Part shown: piece after piece, positions 13,838 through 28,027 of the stretch
Numbering within the stretch: position 1 is the first letter of the stretch
Layout of the letters: the number at the start of each line of letters is the position of its first letter
DNA from: Squalus acanthias
Taxonomy: Eukaryota
Assembly: GCA_030390025.1 (NCBI GenBank)
Contig: CM059432.1
Location: 135,224,001-135,288,000 of the forward strand
Reading direction: 5' to 3'
DNA length: 64,000 bases
Program-made: the position numbers and the translations under genes
The notes under the pieces: model-generated
Database searches by the model: none
The model's input: only the letters and a program-made list of their open reading frames with translations
Told to the model about the DNA's origin: nothing

Positions 13838-14185
13838 ATATGGCACTTTTTTGAACTGTTTCTAATTTAACAACGAAGACATAAATTACATATAACCTGA
13901 CCATACCGAATGTCCACTTTTGAGTAAAGGAGGATATATAATTAACTAATTCAGAGACCAAGGAGCTGACAGCTTCAGGACTGTGGATGGGACAAGCCAC
14001 AGTAAGAGATACCACCAACACACTTCTGCCAACACTTGAAGTCACGAGCAAACTCGTGCTGCTTTTTAGACAACAAACTGCAGTATTAAATGGACGAATA
14101 GACATCAGTGCCGAGATGGGTGCCAGTCTTGACACCATCTGGAAGAGGTGTCTTGCATTAGTAATGATTCACAGTGGCTGCATTA

Positions 14186-14472
14186 TAAAATGCCCCCTTG
14201 TTCTAGATTCCCCCACCAGAGGAAATAGCTTCTCTGTATCTACCCTATCGAATCCTTTTATCATTTTAAACATGGCAATTAAATCATCTCTCAGCCTTCT
14301 AAACTCAAGGGAATACAAGCCAAGTTGATGCAACTTGTCCTCATAACTTAAACCTAAAAGCCCCGGTCCCATTCTAGTGAATCTGCGCTGTACCCCCTTC
14401 AAGGCCAATATATCCTTCCTGTGATGCAGTGCCCAGAACTGATTGTAGTATTTCAGATGAGGTCTGACCAAG
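14186..14472 (-). mobile_element. CR1 ORF2 fragment
   Basis: ORF 14169-14471 VRPHLKY...LYSLEFRRLR. Confidence 0.8.
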
Positions 14473-15097
14473 GCACCATTTAGGTAAGTGTTAAAGGAAG
14501 AGTAAATAACTGAATACTTACATTTTGATCCACGGTTAATTTACTTAGCACCTTCTTTCCCCTCTGCATCCAATTCCCACTCTCACCAAGTTCCCATTTT
14601 TAACGTCCTCGCTCCAGTTACCAGCTCACTCCATGGGCCAGCTCACACTGCTGTGCTCTCTGCTCTCATAGGTATTTACCCTGTTTCGGGAAGGAAACCT
14701 GCCATCCTTACCCAGTCTGGCCTATATGTGACTCCAATCCCTCACCAACGTGGTTGACTCTTAACTGCCCTCTGAAATGGCCTAGCAAGCCACTCAGTTG
14801 CATCAAACCACGAACAGCAGTTGAAAAAGGCAGCCCACCACCACCTTCTCAGGGCAACTAGGTGTGGGCAAACAGCGACGGCCTTGTCAGCAACACCCAC
14901 ATCCCGAGAGAGAATTAAGAAACAAATGCAGGTTGCAATTGCATCACTGCTAAAAATGGAATTGCTGCTGCACCACAACTTGCAGAACACATGTACTACA
15001 CATTCTCTTAAACCAAGAAAAAATATTTTGCAAGATAAAAGAGTAGAGAATATTCAAAATCTGAAAGAAGAAAGTTCTACTTATATAGCATTCAAAC

Positions 15098-15257
15098 CTG
15101 CACGATAGGGTGTCCCCCACCAGATGCCTTTACAGCTCCACGACTGCCCTCTGTCTCATAATGTGCTCTGTGATGCGATTTAGGTTGCACCTCAATCTCA
15201 AGCTCATATGGTCCTGAATGGGATGGCAATTGCCAGTCAAGGGAAGGCAAAGAAGGG
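15098..15257 (-). CDS. NFATC1: NFATC1 exon encoding the start of the Rel-homology DNA-binding domain
   Basis: Acceptor ctccttag|C CCT; donor CAG|gtttga; 160 nt. Encodes [53 protein letters not shown]. Its phase completes the AG|C Ser codon from the previous exon. Confidence 0.96.
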
Positions 15258-17220
15258 CTAAGGAGAAGGAAATACATTAAATTTAGTGATCTTACAAATT
15301 TGCTTTAACCATGCCAAAATAACTTAATCTATAAAGCTTGCGTATGTCAAAATACCCTTAAATATTTTACATACAAATGATTATAATCAATATTATATTA
15401 TGAATATTTAACCAACACTTGTGCAATATATGGCCAGAGGTTCTTTGAACGTCATTGGAAATAATCATTTATTTTAATCAATTGAGGAACAATGTACTAG
15501 TCACACATCAAGCTATACCACTTGGTCAGGATCGGATTTCTTTAAAACTTTCAGCAATTAGTATCACATTAAAATAAAATTTATTAAGTATTAAGCAGTT
15601 TTAACTATTATAAAGGTTCTTCCCACTACAATGGAGCATATAAAGGGTTATCTTTCAATCATATTGGTATGTTTACTAGAGTACTACTTTGCATTACTAG
15701 GTAAAGGTAAGGCCCTATGTACTTCATTTCCTGTAGCCTAGATTATAGTTGCTCTACATATGGAATTTGTGCTTGTTCTTAACGATCCCTTAGCTCTGTG
15801 TCTGAATGTATGTAAAGCGACCTACTTCTTTAAAAACCGGCAATGCCCCAAACTACTTGAAGACATGCAAAGTGAATCATTTACTGGACAACTTAGCAAC
15901 TTCTACATTTTATATATAGAACGTTATTAAAATGGGCAGTGATATAAGCAAACAACATGATGCAAATATGAGAAGCTCCATCATTCACATTTCCTCTCTT
16001 GATTCACTACATGACGCGCACAGGCTCATTTTCTACTGGAATGTTTTTATTGGTTGGAAACAGAAAAAAATTTGATATTTACCAAGTTTTTTTTTAAATA
16101 TCAGCCACCTTTACAGTAGGTTATAGTTCTCATTGTATGAATGCTTCATTTTGTGTGATTTGGAGTTAAGACAAGTTTGTTTCTCATGTTAAATTAAGAT
16201 GAATATAATCCTTTCAAATCCAATACAAAATTATGATGCTAACTCATTGAAAAGGCACTTCAAAACTTTGATGTAAAAACATGACTTAAGATATTTCGGT
16301 TTCAGATTTTTAAGATTTTAAAATTATTCCTAACATGTTTTTAATGATTTTCCTCCTAAAATTGACATTTAACAACCCACATCATTTTTGTCGGGCTTGC
16401 AAATGTGGTTCTGTAAACCTCTTTCAACTACATTTGGAGATGGTATCAGATGCTTTCTACTTTATATTCTTTCATTTCCTCTTCAATATGCCATTAAAAT
16501 GTATTAAAATATTTCTGTAACCCAAGTAAACTAAGTGAGAAAAATGTGTTCAAAAATAAACCTCTATAAATCAATAAAAAAGAAAACAGGTATAGAAAAG
16601 TTTTTACTAAGTATCTGTCACCTTGAATTTTCACCCAGAAAAGGCAAAATAAATTTTTCCTCTAACTAATCTAGTCTCATCTTTTTTATAAATGAAAATT
16701 GAAAATTTCCCAGGAAATTTAAATTTTAAAAAGACTAATAATATCTGTACCATAAAATGCAAGATACGCCAATCAATGTAGCTTTGATAAGGTCTGATAG
16801 GAATCAAGATCATTTTAGAACCGCCAATTTCAATATTAACCACAAATAGTTGGGAGGCACGGGATCATTTTCATATTCATCCTTCAATTTCTGGTGATCT
16901 TTTGGCCAAATTTCATTCATTCATTTTTAATGAACTTCCCAGATTACTGCATTCTCAAGCAAAGGTATGAGCTGTGGAGCGGATGATTTGGAGGGTGAAG
17001 AGGAATCTTTTACCACAAATAGATATCAGAATCGAGGGGGTGAATTTCCACGGCGGTTTTCCCGATCGTCCTGTGTAACCTTGGCAGAAGAGCCTGCTGA
17101 ATCCCCAGAAAAATGTCGTAAACAGCATTTCCACCATTTTTCCAAGGGTTTCCACGGATCTTCCCTTGAAGTTATAGTGGACAAGCAGGAGAACCCTAGC
17201 AGAAATACATCCTCTAAATG

Positions 17221-18022
17221 TCTACGAGAGAACCAGCACCTAATGCTGAGAACCTCGTGAATAGCACGTTTAGTGAGTTGGTCACACCGCAGGCAAAGGG
17301 TGTACAGGCAGGAAGTAAATGGGTGACCACCAGGCAGAGTAAGAGGTGCAGGCAGGTAGTGCAGGGGTCCCCTGTGGACATCCCCCTCTCAAACAGATAT
17401 ACCACTTTGAATACTGTTGAGGGGGATGACTTATCAGGGGAAAGCAGCAGCAGCCAACTTCCTGGCACCATGGGTGGCTCTGCTGCACAGGCTGGGAGGA
17501 AAAAGAGTGGAAGAGCTATAGTGATAGGGGACTCAATTGTAAGGGGAATAGATAGGCGTTTCTGCGGCCGCAACCGAGACTCCAGGATGGTGTGTTGCCT
17601 CCCTGGTGCAAGGGTCAAGGACGTCTCGGAGCGGCTACAGAACATTTTGGAGGGGGAGGGCGAACAGCCAGCTGTCGTGGTGCACATAGGCACCAACGAT
17701 ATAGGTAAAAAAGGGGATGAGGTCCTAAAAGCAGACTATATGGAGTTAGGAGGTAAATTTAAAAAATAGGACCTCAAAGGTAGTAATCTCAGGATTGCTA
17801 CCAGTGCCACGTGCTAGTCAGAGTAGAAATAGGAGGATATTTCAAATGAATACGTGGCTAGAGGAATGGTGCAAGGGGGAGGGATTCAAATTCCCGGGAC
17901 ATTGGAACCAGTTCTGGGGGAGGTGGGACCAGTACAAACCGGATGGTCTGCACCTGGGCAGGGCCGGGACCGCTGTCCTAGGGGGAGTGTTTGCTAGTGC
18001 TGTTGGGGAGGGTTTAAACTGA
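17221..18022 (+). pseudogene. CR1 ORF1 C-terminal SGNH/GDSL esterase-like domain, one frameshift near 17760
   Basis: Motifs IVIGDSIVRG, HIGTND and DGLHL across the two ORFs 17218-17769 and 17795-18022. Confidence 0.85.
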
Positions 18023-18154
18023 AGTGGCAGGGGGTTGGGCACCTGAGCAGGGAGACAGAGGAAAGCGTGTCAGGAAGGGACAGAAGGTATGGAGTAAAAG
18101 GTAAAGTGTTAAAAAAGGAAAAAGCAGGAACTAAGTGTCACAAAACATATTTGA

Positions 18155-20964
18155 AAGTTCTTTATCTGAATGCACGTAGCATTCGTAACGTAACAAAATG
18201 GACGAGTTAACGGCACAAATCACTACGTATGGGTATGATCTTGTGGCCATTACAGAAACATGGCTGCAGGGTGACAACGACTGGGAACTAAATATGCCAG
18301 GGTATTTAACAATCAGGAAGGACAGGCAGGAAGGAAGGGGAGGTGGGGTGTCTATGTTAATAAAGGAAGGAATCACTGTAATACAGAGAAATGATATTGG
18401 GTCAAAGGATCAGGATAATGAAACAGTTTGGGTGGAGATAAGGAATAATAAGGGGAAAAAAACACTAGTGGGAGTAGTATATAGGCCTCCTAATAGTTGC
18501 AACTCTGCTGGAAGAAGTATTAATCAGGAAATAGTTGGGGCATGTAATAAGGGAACAGCTATAATTATGGGGGATTTTAACTATCATATTAACTGGACAA
18601 ATCAAATTGGGCAGGGCAGCCTTGAGGAAGAGTTTATTGAGTGTATTAGGGATGGATTTCTTGAGCAGTATGTAACTGATCCTACAAGGGGGCAAGCAAC
18701 CTTGGACCTGGTCCTGTGTAATGAGTCAGGATTAATTAATAATGTCCTAGTTAAGGATCCCCTTGGAATGAGTGACCATAACATGGTTGAATTCCATATC
18801 CAATTAGAGGGTGAGAAGGTTGGTTCTCAAACAAGCGTACTGAGCTTGAATAAAGGAGACTATGATGATATGAGAGCGGAATTGATTAAAGTGGACTGGG
18901 AAAATAGATTAAAGGGTAAGACGGTACATGAGCAGTGGTGTTCATTTAAGGAGTTATTTTACAACTTTCAAAAGAAATATATTCCACTGAGGAAAAAAGG
19001 GTGTAAAAGAAATGACAGCCATCCGTGGCTAAGTAAAGAAATTAAGGATAGTATCCGACTAAAAACAAGGACATATAAGGTAGCCAAACTTAGTGGGAGG
19101 ATAGAAGATTGGGAAGTCTTCAAAAGACAGCAAAAAGTAACTAAAGGATTGATTAAGAAAGGGAAGATAGATTATGAAAATAAATTAGCAAAAAATATAA
19201 AAACAGATAGCAAGAGTTTCTATAGTTATATAAAAAGAAAAAGGGTGGCTAAGGCAAACGTAGGTCCCTTCGAGGATGAGACCGGGAAATTAATGGTGGG
19301 AAACATGGAGATGGCAAAAATGCTGAACAAATATTTTGTTTCAGTCTTTACGGTAGAGGACACTAAGAATATCCCAACACTGGACAAACAGGGGGCTCTA
19401 GGGGGGGAGGAGCTAAATACGATTAAAATCACTAAGGAATTGGTACTCAGTAAAATAATGGGACTCAAGGCGGATAAATCCCCTGGACCTGATGGCTTAC
19501 ATCCCAGGGTCTTGAGGGAAGTGGCAGTAGGGATTGTGGATGCTTTGGTAATAATTTTCCAAAATTCCCTGGACTCAGCAAAGGTCCCGGCAGATTGGAA
19601 AACTGCTAATGTAACACCCTTATTTAAAAAGGGTAGTAGGCAGAAGGCTGGAAATTATAGACCAGTTAGCCTAACATCTGTGGTGGGTAAAATTTTGGAG
19701 TCTATTATTAAGGAGACAGTAACGGAACATTTAGATAAACATAATTTAATAGGACAAAGTCAGCATGGCTTTATGAAGGGGAAGTCATGTCTGACAAATT
19801 TGCTTGAGTTCTTTGAGGACATAACGTACAGGGTGGATAAAGGGGAACCAGTGGACGTAGTGTATTTAGACTTCCAGAAGGCATTCGACAAGGTGCCATA
19901 AAAGATTATTGCTCAAGATAAAAAATCACTGGATTGGGGGGAATATTCTGGCATGGGTGGAGGATTGGTTATCTAACAGGAAGCAGACAGTTGGGATAAA
20001 TGGTTCATTCTCGGACTGGCAACCAGTAGCCAGTGGTGTTCCGCAGGGGTCGGTGCTGGGTCCCCAACTCTTCACAATCTATATTAACGATTTGGAGGAG
20101 GGGACCGAGTGTAACATATCAAAGTTTGCAGATGATACAAAGATGGGAGGGAAAGTAGAAAGTGAGGAGGACATAAAAAACCTACAAGGGGATATAGACA
20201 GGCTGGGTGAGTGGGCGGAGATTTGGCAGATGCAATACAATATTGGAAAATGTGAGGTTATGCACTTTGGCAGGAAAAATCAGAGAGCAAGTTATTATCT
20301 TAATGGTGAGAAACTGGAAAGTACTGCAGTACAAAGGGATCTGGGGGTCCTAGTGCAAGAAAATCAAAAAGTTAGTATGCAGGTGCAGCAGGTGATCAAG
20401 AAGGCCAATGGAATGTTGGCTTTTATTGCTAGGGGGATAGATTATAAAAACAGGGAGGTATTGCTGCAGTTATATAAGGTATTGGTGAGACCGCACCTGG
20501 AATACTGCGTACAGTTTTGGTGTCCATACTTAAGAAAAGACATACTTGCTCTCGAGGCAGTACAAAGAAGGTTCACTCGGTTAATCCCAGGGATGAGGGG
20601 GTGGACATATGAGGAGAGATTGAGTAGATTGGGACTCTACTCAATGGAGTTCAGAAGAATGAGAGGCGATCTTATTGAAACATATAAGATTGTGAAGGGG
20701 CTTGATCGGGTGGATGCGGTAAGGATGTTCCCAAGGATGGGTGAAACTAGAACTAGGGGGCATAATCTTAGAATAAGGGGCTGCTCTTTCAAAACTGAGA
20801 TGAGGAGAAACTTCTTCACTCAGAGGGTAGTAGGTCTGTGGAATTTGCTGCCCCAGGAAGCTGTGGAAGCTACATCATTAAATAAATTTAAAACAGAAAT
20901 AGATAGTTTCCTGGAGGTAAAGGGAATTAGGGGTTACGGTGAGCAGGCAGGATATTGGACATGA
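18155..20964 (+). pseudogene. CR1 ORF2 (APE endonuclease + RT), disrupted
   Basis: YLNARSIR, ITETW, GDFN and SDH endonuclease motifs; PQGSVLGP, YINDL and FADD RT motifs. Frameshifts at a duplicated GTAAC (~18185-18194) and a 2-nt loss at ~19897. Confidence 0.9.
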
Positions 20965-22022
20965 GGCTGAGTTCGGATCGGTCAGGGCCCTGTGGGTGGC
21001 GGAGCGGGCCCAGGGGCTGAGTGGCCGGGTCCTGCTCCTACTTCTTGTGTTCTTTAGATTTGAGGTTAGGATCAGATCAGCCATGATCTTATTGAATGGC
21101 GGAGCAGGCTCGAGGGGCCGATTGGCCTACTCCTGCTCCTATTTCTTATGTTCTTATGTTCTTAATGGGTACACTCTAGAATCCTCAAGGAAACAGGAGG
21201 GGAAATAGTCTGTGATAGTTCGAATAATTTTGTCAGTAAATGAGGTTATCGTCTCTGATTTACTGATTATTTTCTGATCAGGAAGCCTGTAACTTTTTTT
21301 TAAATTACAAAGTAAAATATTGAGCAACATTTCTTAGTAATTCATCCTGCATCGGGGACATAACCTTAAAATTAGAACTAGGCCATTCAGGGGTGATGTC
21401 AGGAAGCACTCCTTCATACAAAGGGTAGTGGAAATCTGGAACTCTCTTCCCCAAAATGCTGTTGAATTGAAAATTTCAAAACTGAGATTGATAGATTTTT
21501 TGTTAGGCAAGGGTATTAAGGGTTACGGAACCAAGGCGGGTAGATGGAGTTAAGATACAGATCAGCCACAATCTAATTGAATGGTGGAACAAGCTTGAGG
21601 GGCTGAATGGCCTACGTCTGTTCCTATGTTCCCATTGTTCTTCTGACTTTCCAGCATCATCATGCTCAGTCACGGTTTAGTGATATAATTCATGTTATGA
21701 TTCGTTCAGAACATAAGAATATATTGTACAAGAAAAGGCCATTCAGCCTATCAAGCCCACTCTTTAACATGAATGATATCGCTGAACCGGTACTGAGCAC
21801 GATGATGCTGGGGAGTCATAAGATCAATACAAGATTGATTCCTTCGACAAGAAAAGTTGCTCAATATTTTTCTTTGTAATTAAAGGAAAGCTTCTTAGAA
21901 AATAAGCAGGAAATCAGTGACCTTTAGCTCATTTACTGACAAAATTATTTACAAAACAAGACGTTCAATATTTCAAAGGAATCCCCAATGAACTGTTAAA
22001 GACAGGAGGTACTGAAGTTATT

Positions 22023-22758
22023 GGCCTGGATTTTGCAGTAAAAGTAACGGAGAGGCCATCAGCGCTCACCGTTATTAAAGTGTAAATCGGACAGCAACTT
22101 CCAGCGACCGCACATGAGCAGCTAAACACGGAAATCAAGGCATTGCTGTCCGAGTTGCCCTGCTCCTCCAGTAGCTTTGCTACCCTGGTATCTCGCCGAG
22201 AGACTTGCCATTGAAACACATGGAAGGGCGTGAAGTTGCTCTACTTGCATTATAGATATACACTAAACTCGCAGAAAAAGCTGTCCTGTTCCAGTATAAG
22301 AAACTTTTTAACGGCATGATAAGTCTTAATTACTGCCAAACAATCTCTCAGGCACTGAAACTTAACTTTTACAAGTGTGGAGTCTCATTCCTTCCAGTTT
22401 TAATTATTGTTTGAGATTTTTTAAAATGTTAATACATTTTTTTTTTCATTGTCTCTTTTATCTCTCTTAATCCCATCTTTCTTTTGCTTTCTGTACATGA
22501 TTTGGCATTGAATTAACTATTCAAACTGACACTTCCTGGTTCAGACTGCATGCCTCAGTCAGGATTCTGCAATCTGACTGGTTAAGGAGGTGCAAGGTTG
22601 CTTGCCCTGTTCACTCAGGTCCCAGATCCCCTGTAGAGGGCACTGCGCCAAAATGGCTTTCTAATTATAGTAAGTTCCGGTGCAAAAGCCCACAGAAAGT
22701 CTGCTGGCAAGTGTAAGTATAATGAATGACATTCACCGGTGACCACAAAATCTGGGCC
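22023..22758. mobile_element. Non-autonomous TIR element, Harbinger-like family 2
   Basis: ATT|GGCCTGGATTTTG...CAAAATCTGGGCC|ATT (3-bp TSD); homologous to 34242-35004. Confidence 0.7.
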
Positions 22759-22997
22759 ATTATGTTTTATACTAATGGTGGACAGAATCATTTTCAACCA
22801 CGTATCATTACTCTGAACTTCAGTACTTCATTGGTTTTTAAAGCGCTTTAGGGCGGCCTGAGATCATGAAAGGCACGATATAAATGTAAGTCTTTCTTTT
22901 TATGAAAGTCTACCACCTTTCAATGCCTTTGCTGTAAAGCTAGCTACATGTTTAACACTGGTTGGCAGTGAAAATCATAAATCTCTACCTTTCATAC

Positions 22998-24132
22998 CTG
23001 GCAAAGGATGATGATGATGACACAGATTTCGGTTTAGCCCATGGATATGGATGCTGAGGTACTGATAAATACTGTTCACAGAAACTTTCTTTTTTGACAG
23101 GGAGGCGAGACCCAGAAAATTCTTCTTGCAATGGATCTCCAGATGGTGAATAGGCTCTTTGATCATCATTACCTGGCTCAGGCTTGAGAGACATGGAAGG
23201 GGTTTGGTCCTGTATAGTTCTTCTTGGGGACTTGACAGGAATACTGTCATTGATATCCATACAAGTGTCAGTGGTGAGTGCTGTAATGGCTGCAAGAATA
23301 GCAGAATTGTACTGGTTTCCACTCCCCAACCATGTTTCCTCAGTCACGCTTACCCGAGGAGAGGCCTGCGGTGATGGGGTTCGAGAATGATGCGGTGAAT
23401 AGGATGGATGGCGGTAGTACCCACCATTGAATGAATGCCTTCTTTTGCCACATGGAGACTGTGGCCTCGATGAAGGTCTTGAGGTTGGTCGTGGGCTCAG
23501 CCAGTTCTCCTCGGTGATACTTGTTCTCGGTGAAGTGCCCGGGGAATGCCTCGGTGAATTCCATAGGGTGCATGCAGCTTGCCCACGAGGGAATCCTTCC
23601 TCATGGGCAGTGCCTTTTGGGGAGACGCATGGTGACTGCCAAGGAGAGGTCAATGGAGAGGTATCATAAGGATAGGAATAACTTGATTCAGATGCTTCCG
23701 AATGGCAACTTCGAGAAGAAAGACTACTTGCTGGGCTTAAGCATGAGGGATCTCTGTAGGCATCTGCATTTGGTAGAGACAGGGTAACTACTGAATTGGA
23801 GCGCTTACAACTAGAACCATTCTCAACTCCATCTATCTCAGTTTCACCAGCAAACTGATTATGGCCAAGGTGTATTCCAGGATAGGGAGTAATTTCTATC
23901 CTTGGACTCTCAAGGGTTGGAGCACCATTTGGTCTTACATTAGGAGCCAAGAAGTAGCTTGACGCTCCCGTGTCAATGTTCCCCCCATATCCCATCATTT
24001 GATTTGTTGATGGTAGTACAGGAGCCACTGGACTTGAAGACTGCAGGCCATGGCAGGATATTGGTATGGAAGGATTTACCACACCTGTTGATGGAGTGAT
24101 TGTAACATGTGGTGAACCAAAATTGTAGACTT
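22998..24132 (-). CDS. NFATC1: NFATC1 large regulatory-domain (NFAT homology region) exon
   Basis: Acceptor ttttttcacag|AA GTC TAC; donor GCC AG|gtatga; 1135 nt, open throughout. Contains the calcineurin docking motifs PRIEIT (23888-23905) and YLSVP (23057-23071), serine-rich SPASSLSSRSC, SP repeats and the CGKRR NLS. Confidence 0.96.
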
Positions 24133-24500
24133 CTGTGAAAAAAGAATGATAAAAATTTCATTAAGTATTTTCATTTGAAAGAAACTTTCATAAATATAAA
24201 TACAAGATATTTATAGAAATATAAGACAGTCACTAATAAATCCAATAAGGAATTCAGGAAAAACTTCTTCACCCAGAGAGTGGTGAGAATGTGGAACTCT
24301 CTACCACAAGGAGTAATTGAGGTGAATAGCACCGATGCATTTAAGGGGAAGCTAGATAAGAACATGAGGGAGAAAGGAGTAGAAGGATATGCTGATAGGG
24401 TGAGATGAAGTAGGGTGGGAGGAGGCTCATGTGGAGCATAAAAATAGGCTTTGTTGGGCTGAGTGGCTTGTTTCTGTGCTGTAAATTCTATGTAAAACTA

Positions 24501-25368
24501 TGGCTGGAATTTTGCCGGCGCTCAGGGGGCGGGTTTGGAGGCGTGACATCCGGCAAAATCACAAAGATTGACAGCGGGTCGGAAACCCGCTGTCATCCCG
24601 CCTCCAATCAATTGTCCCAGGTGTCGGGTCCCCGATTTGCACATGGACCCGACACCTAGCGGCGGGAAGAGGATTATAGGCACTTAACTGCTTGTTAACA
24701 GGTTGCTAACAGGCAGTTAAGAGGCTTTTTGTAATTTTGACAGGTCTACTGCGGGCTTCCCGACGTCCGGACACCACGCCAAACGTGCTGTGGGTCTACT
24801 GTAATGTTTCTTCATTGATGACAGCTGCAGAAGTGGTGTGAAGGATCCAATTGTACACTGGTGAGTTTCAGAGGTAAGAAAATGTTGGGAAAATCATTTT
24901 TAATGTATTTAGACTTTTCTGTAGGTAACAAGTTTTAGATTGTGTGTGTAGTCGCACCTCATTGGGAAAACCTCTCTCACCAGTGACAGATCACTTCTGT
25001 AACCTCACCTGCAGCTGCCATCTGTTCTAGCCTAAGGAGGGAGTCACTGGAGAGCCTGGGTTCAAGGGCTCACCTTTGTACAGTAATTGTCAGTGTTTGC
25101 CGCACCTCAATGCTGTCAAACACTGAAAAATCACCTGTCAAATAAATTGAGCGTGGCCCCTTTAAGAAAACCGACAGCTGACGCGTCATCAACTGATGTC
25201 ATCTGACACCGGCTTACTCCTAATTGGCTGGCAAGCTCGCAGGGCAGGCTTAAAAAGGCCAATTGACGCAAAATAACATCTGTGTGTCGGACGTCGTTGG
25301 GGGCGGGATCGGAACCCGGAAGGAAGCTGTCCCACCCCTAGGCCACACCAAAAGCTAAAATCCAGCCC
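24501..25368. mobile_element. Non-autonomous TIR element, same family as 12546-13385
   Basis: Ends TGGCTGGAATTTT / AAAATCCAGCCC and shared internal blocks. Confidence 0.7.
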
Positions 25369-27699
25369 TAGGATTCAGATTTCCTTTAACTGAAGGACAG
25401 CATCAAAATCAAAACTGAGCTACTTTTCATACAACCAAGTTATATTTCACTAATTACGGTGAATATTTTCTTTAATCCAAGTAGGAACCATGCTTGTCTG
25501 GTACTAATATAATAAAACAATAGACGAATTATCAGTTGAAACACCAATTAAACATTGATATATAAATTGCCAATTGATCAGAAAGCCTAAACCTTATTTA
25601 CAGATTGGTTAAAGGAAATTAAAGTTGGATATTAAAATGTGGACCTCACTTGTATGTAAAGTATGCTGTCAAGCATTAAATATAAATTTTGGTCATGTCT
25701 ATTTGCAACACCAAATATCTGATTGGTCCCCTTGGAGGACAAGACACACTCAACAGTTTGTCTGGAAGGTGTAATTTGATCCTGCCTGCTGGAGTAATCA
25801 AGATCTTTGCAATGTGTAATTTGATCCATTCATTGTGACAGCCAGGCTCCAGAGCTCACAGTGCTAACACTACTGCTTTCAGAGAACAAACCGGGCTCAC
25901 CCTCCTGGGTTAGGAGCACTCACAGCGCTCACACTGCTGAGTTCAGATAGGAAGGGGTGAGGCCATGGAGAGATTTTAACATGAGGATGAGAATTTTAAA
26001 ATCAAGGTGTTGGTGGACAATGTTTCCCCTAATTTTGGGGGGGGAACGCGGTCCCTTTAACGGGCTGCACGGCTCATTCAAAATTTTGCGCATGCGCAAA
26101 ATATTCCATTCAAAAGCCGGTAAGCAGCCTGTGCGGGACCTCCAGACATAGCGGGACGTTGTTGGTGGACCATGAGCCAATATAGGTCAATGAGCACAGG
26201 GGTGATGGGTGAATGGGACTTGCTGCATGTTAGGATATGTGGATCAGAGTTTTGGATGAGCTCAAGTTCATTGAGGGTGGAAGAAGGGAGGCTGGCCAGG
26301 AGAACGTTGGAATAGATGAGTCTGGCAAATGTAATGTTACGCATGTTGTAGGACCTCACCTGCAGCTACCATCTGTTCTAGCCTAAAGAGGGAGTCACTG
26401 GAGAGCCTGGGTGCAAGGGCTCTCATTTTTCAAAATTCATTTATTTATTGCACATCCCTAGTTGCCCTTGAGCTGCCTTCTTGAACCACTGCGGTCTTTG
26501 GGGGGGGGGGAGGAGGTGAAGGAGAACTTGGTGCAGGTGTAAAGGCGGTGGGGGTGGAAGAATGTGAACCAGGCCTAACAGAGGGCAGGAGAATGTGATC
26601 TATCTTATCATCTGGATCATGTTCTTGCTCTCATCCACCCCCCCCCACCCCCACAACCCCTTTCAACCTGGATCACTGTTCTCTCCATGCTCCCCCACCC
26701 AAAACAAGTTCCTGACCTTCTCTCCCCGAGTTCCTGACTGCCCTCCTGAGCTCCTGACCTTCTCCCCAGTGGAAATAATCACTCCGATAAATTTTGATAC
26801 AGCTGTATAAAATCCACAATAATATTTTTTTCTTCCTCATCAATAATAATAAACTATAATTGTCGTATTCATAGTAAACATACGGGAAAAGTGGCAATGA
26901 CAATTGTACCAATGTTTTTTTTAACCAGAACAAAAAATAACATATATAATAGGAGCATTCAAAAGTAGTTATATCAAGAAAATCAATATTTATTTCTGCA
27001 ATTTAGTAATCTTCTGCCCTTCTTTGCACTACAGCCATTCCCAGTTAAGGGACAGGAGAGTTAAATCACTGATCCCAGGCTCTCAGTTTGGAGCTGCGCT
27101 CAGGAGTACGGGTTGGAGAATCAGGGATACAACACTGTAGCTACATCTCTGATCCCCGCTTTGAATGTGCTCCATACCGGGAGTGCAGGATCCGTGAATT
27201 TACTCCCAGGCTTCTGCCAAATACTGCTCCTAATATGAGTGGGGCAAGATGAGGCAACAAATGTTTTCCTCTCCCTTCCGTGGTGGAAGTGTTCAACCTG
27301 AGCTGGGTCTGACACTTTATTTTGTGGGGAACTGAAGGAGACATTCTATGTTGCCCTGCAGTAATATGGTACATCACAGGGTCATGCCACTTCCAACTTT
27401 TTTTAAATATATCAAAATATTAAAACTTTTTTTTAAATTGCATCATGGCATCCCTGTAGTCACCGAAAGGGCTTTTCTTTAAAAGTTATAAAATCAAAAG
27501 ATTTCTCCCTATCATTTTGAATGAGTTTGGCGTTCGTGCCACTCAAACAGAATAACTGGTCATTTATCACCCCATTTATCACCCCGCTGTTTATGGAACC
27601 TGACTGCACAAACCGATTGCTCTGTTTACTAACATAACAACAGTAACTACACCTTAAAAGTTATTTATTAACCGTGAAGTGCTATAACCGTGAATATTA

Positions 27700-28027
27700 A
27701 CTATTCAGGAAGGACAGGCAAAAAGGAAAAGGAGGTGGGGTAGCATTGCTGGTTAAAGAGGAGATTAACACAATAGTAAGGAAGGATATTAGCTCTGATG
27801 ATGTGGAATCTGTATGGGTAGAGCTGAGAAATACCAAGGGGCAATTCATTAAATATATTCAAGAAGGAGTTAGATATATTTCTTAAGGCTAAAGGGATCA
27901 AGGGATATGGGGAGAAAGCAGGGACAGGGTACTGAATTTGGATGATCAGCCATGATCGCATTGAATGGTGGAGCAGGCTCGAGGGGCCGAATGGCCTACT
28001 CCTGCTCCTATCTTCTATGTTTCTATG
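27700..28027 (+). mobile_element. Internally deleted CR1 (endonuclease segment fused to the 3' end)
   Basis: 27700-27843 resembles 18310-18460 (RKDRQ.G.GGGV...SVWVE); 27844-28027 is a CR1 3' terminus. Confidence 0.7.

Larger units (their letters stand above)
17221..21163 (+). mobile_element. CR1 LINE, 5'-truncated within ORF1, otherwise near complete
   Basis: ORF1 esterase followed by ORF2 APE-RT, a 3' stem-loop and a (TTCTTATG)n tail; possible short TSD AATG. Confidence 0.93.

Noticed and set aside
1..15097. Next NFATC1 exon (expected LHGY...FYQVHRITGK)
   Set aside because: No matching translation or ORF was recognised; it probably lies beyond the left edge, although a missed exon cannot be fully excluded by eye.
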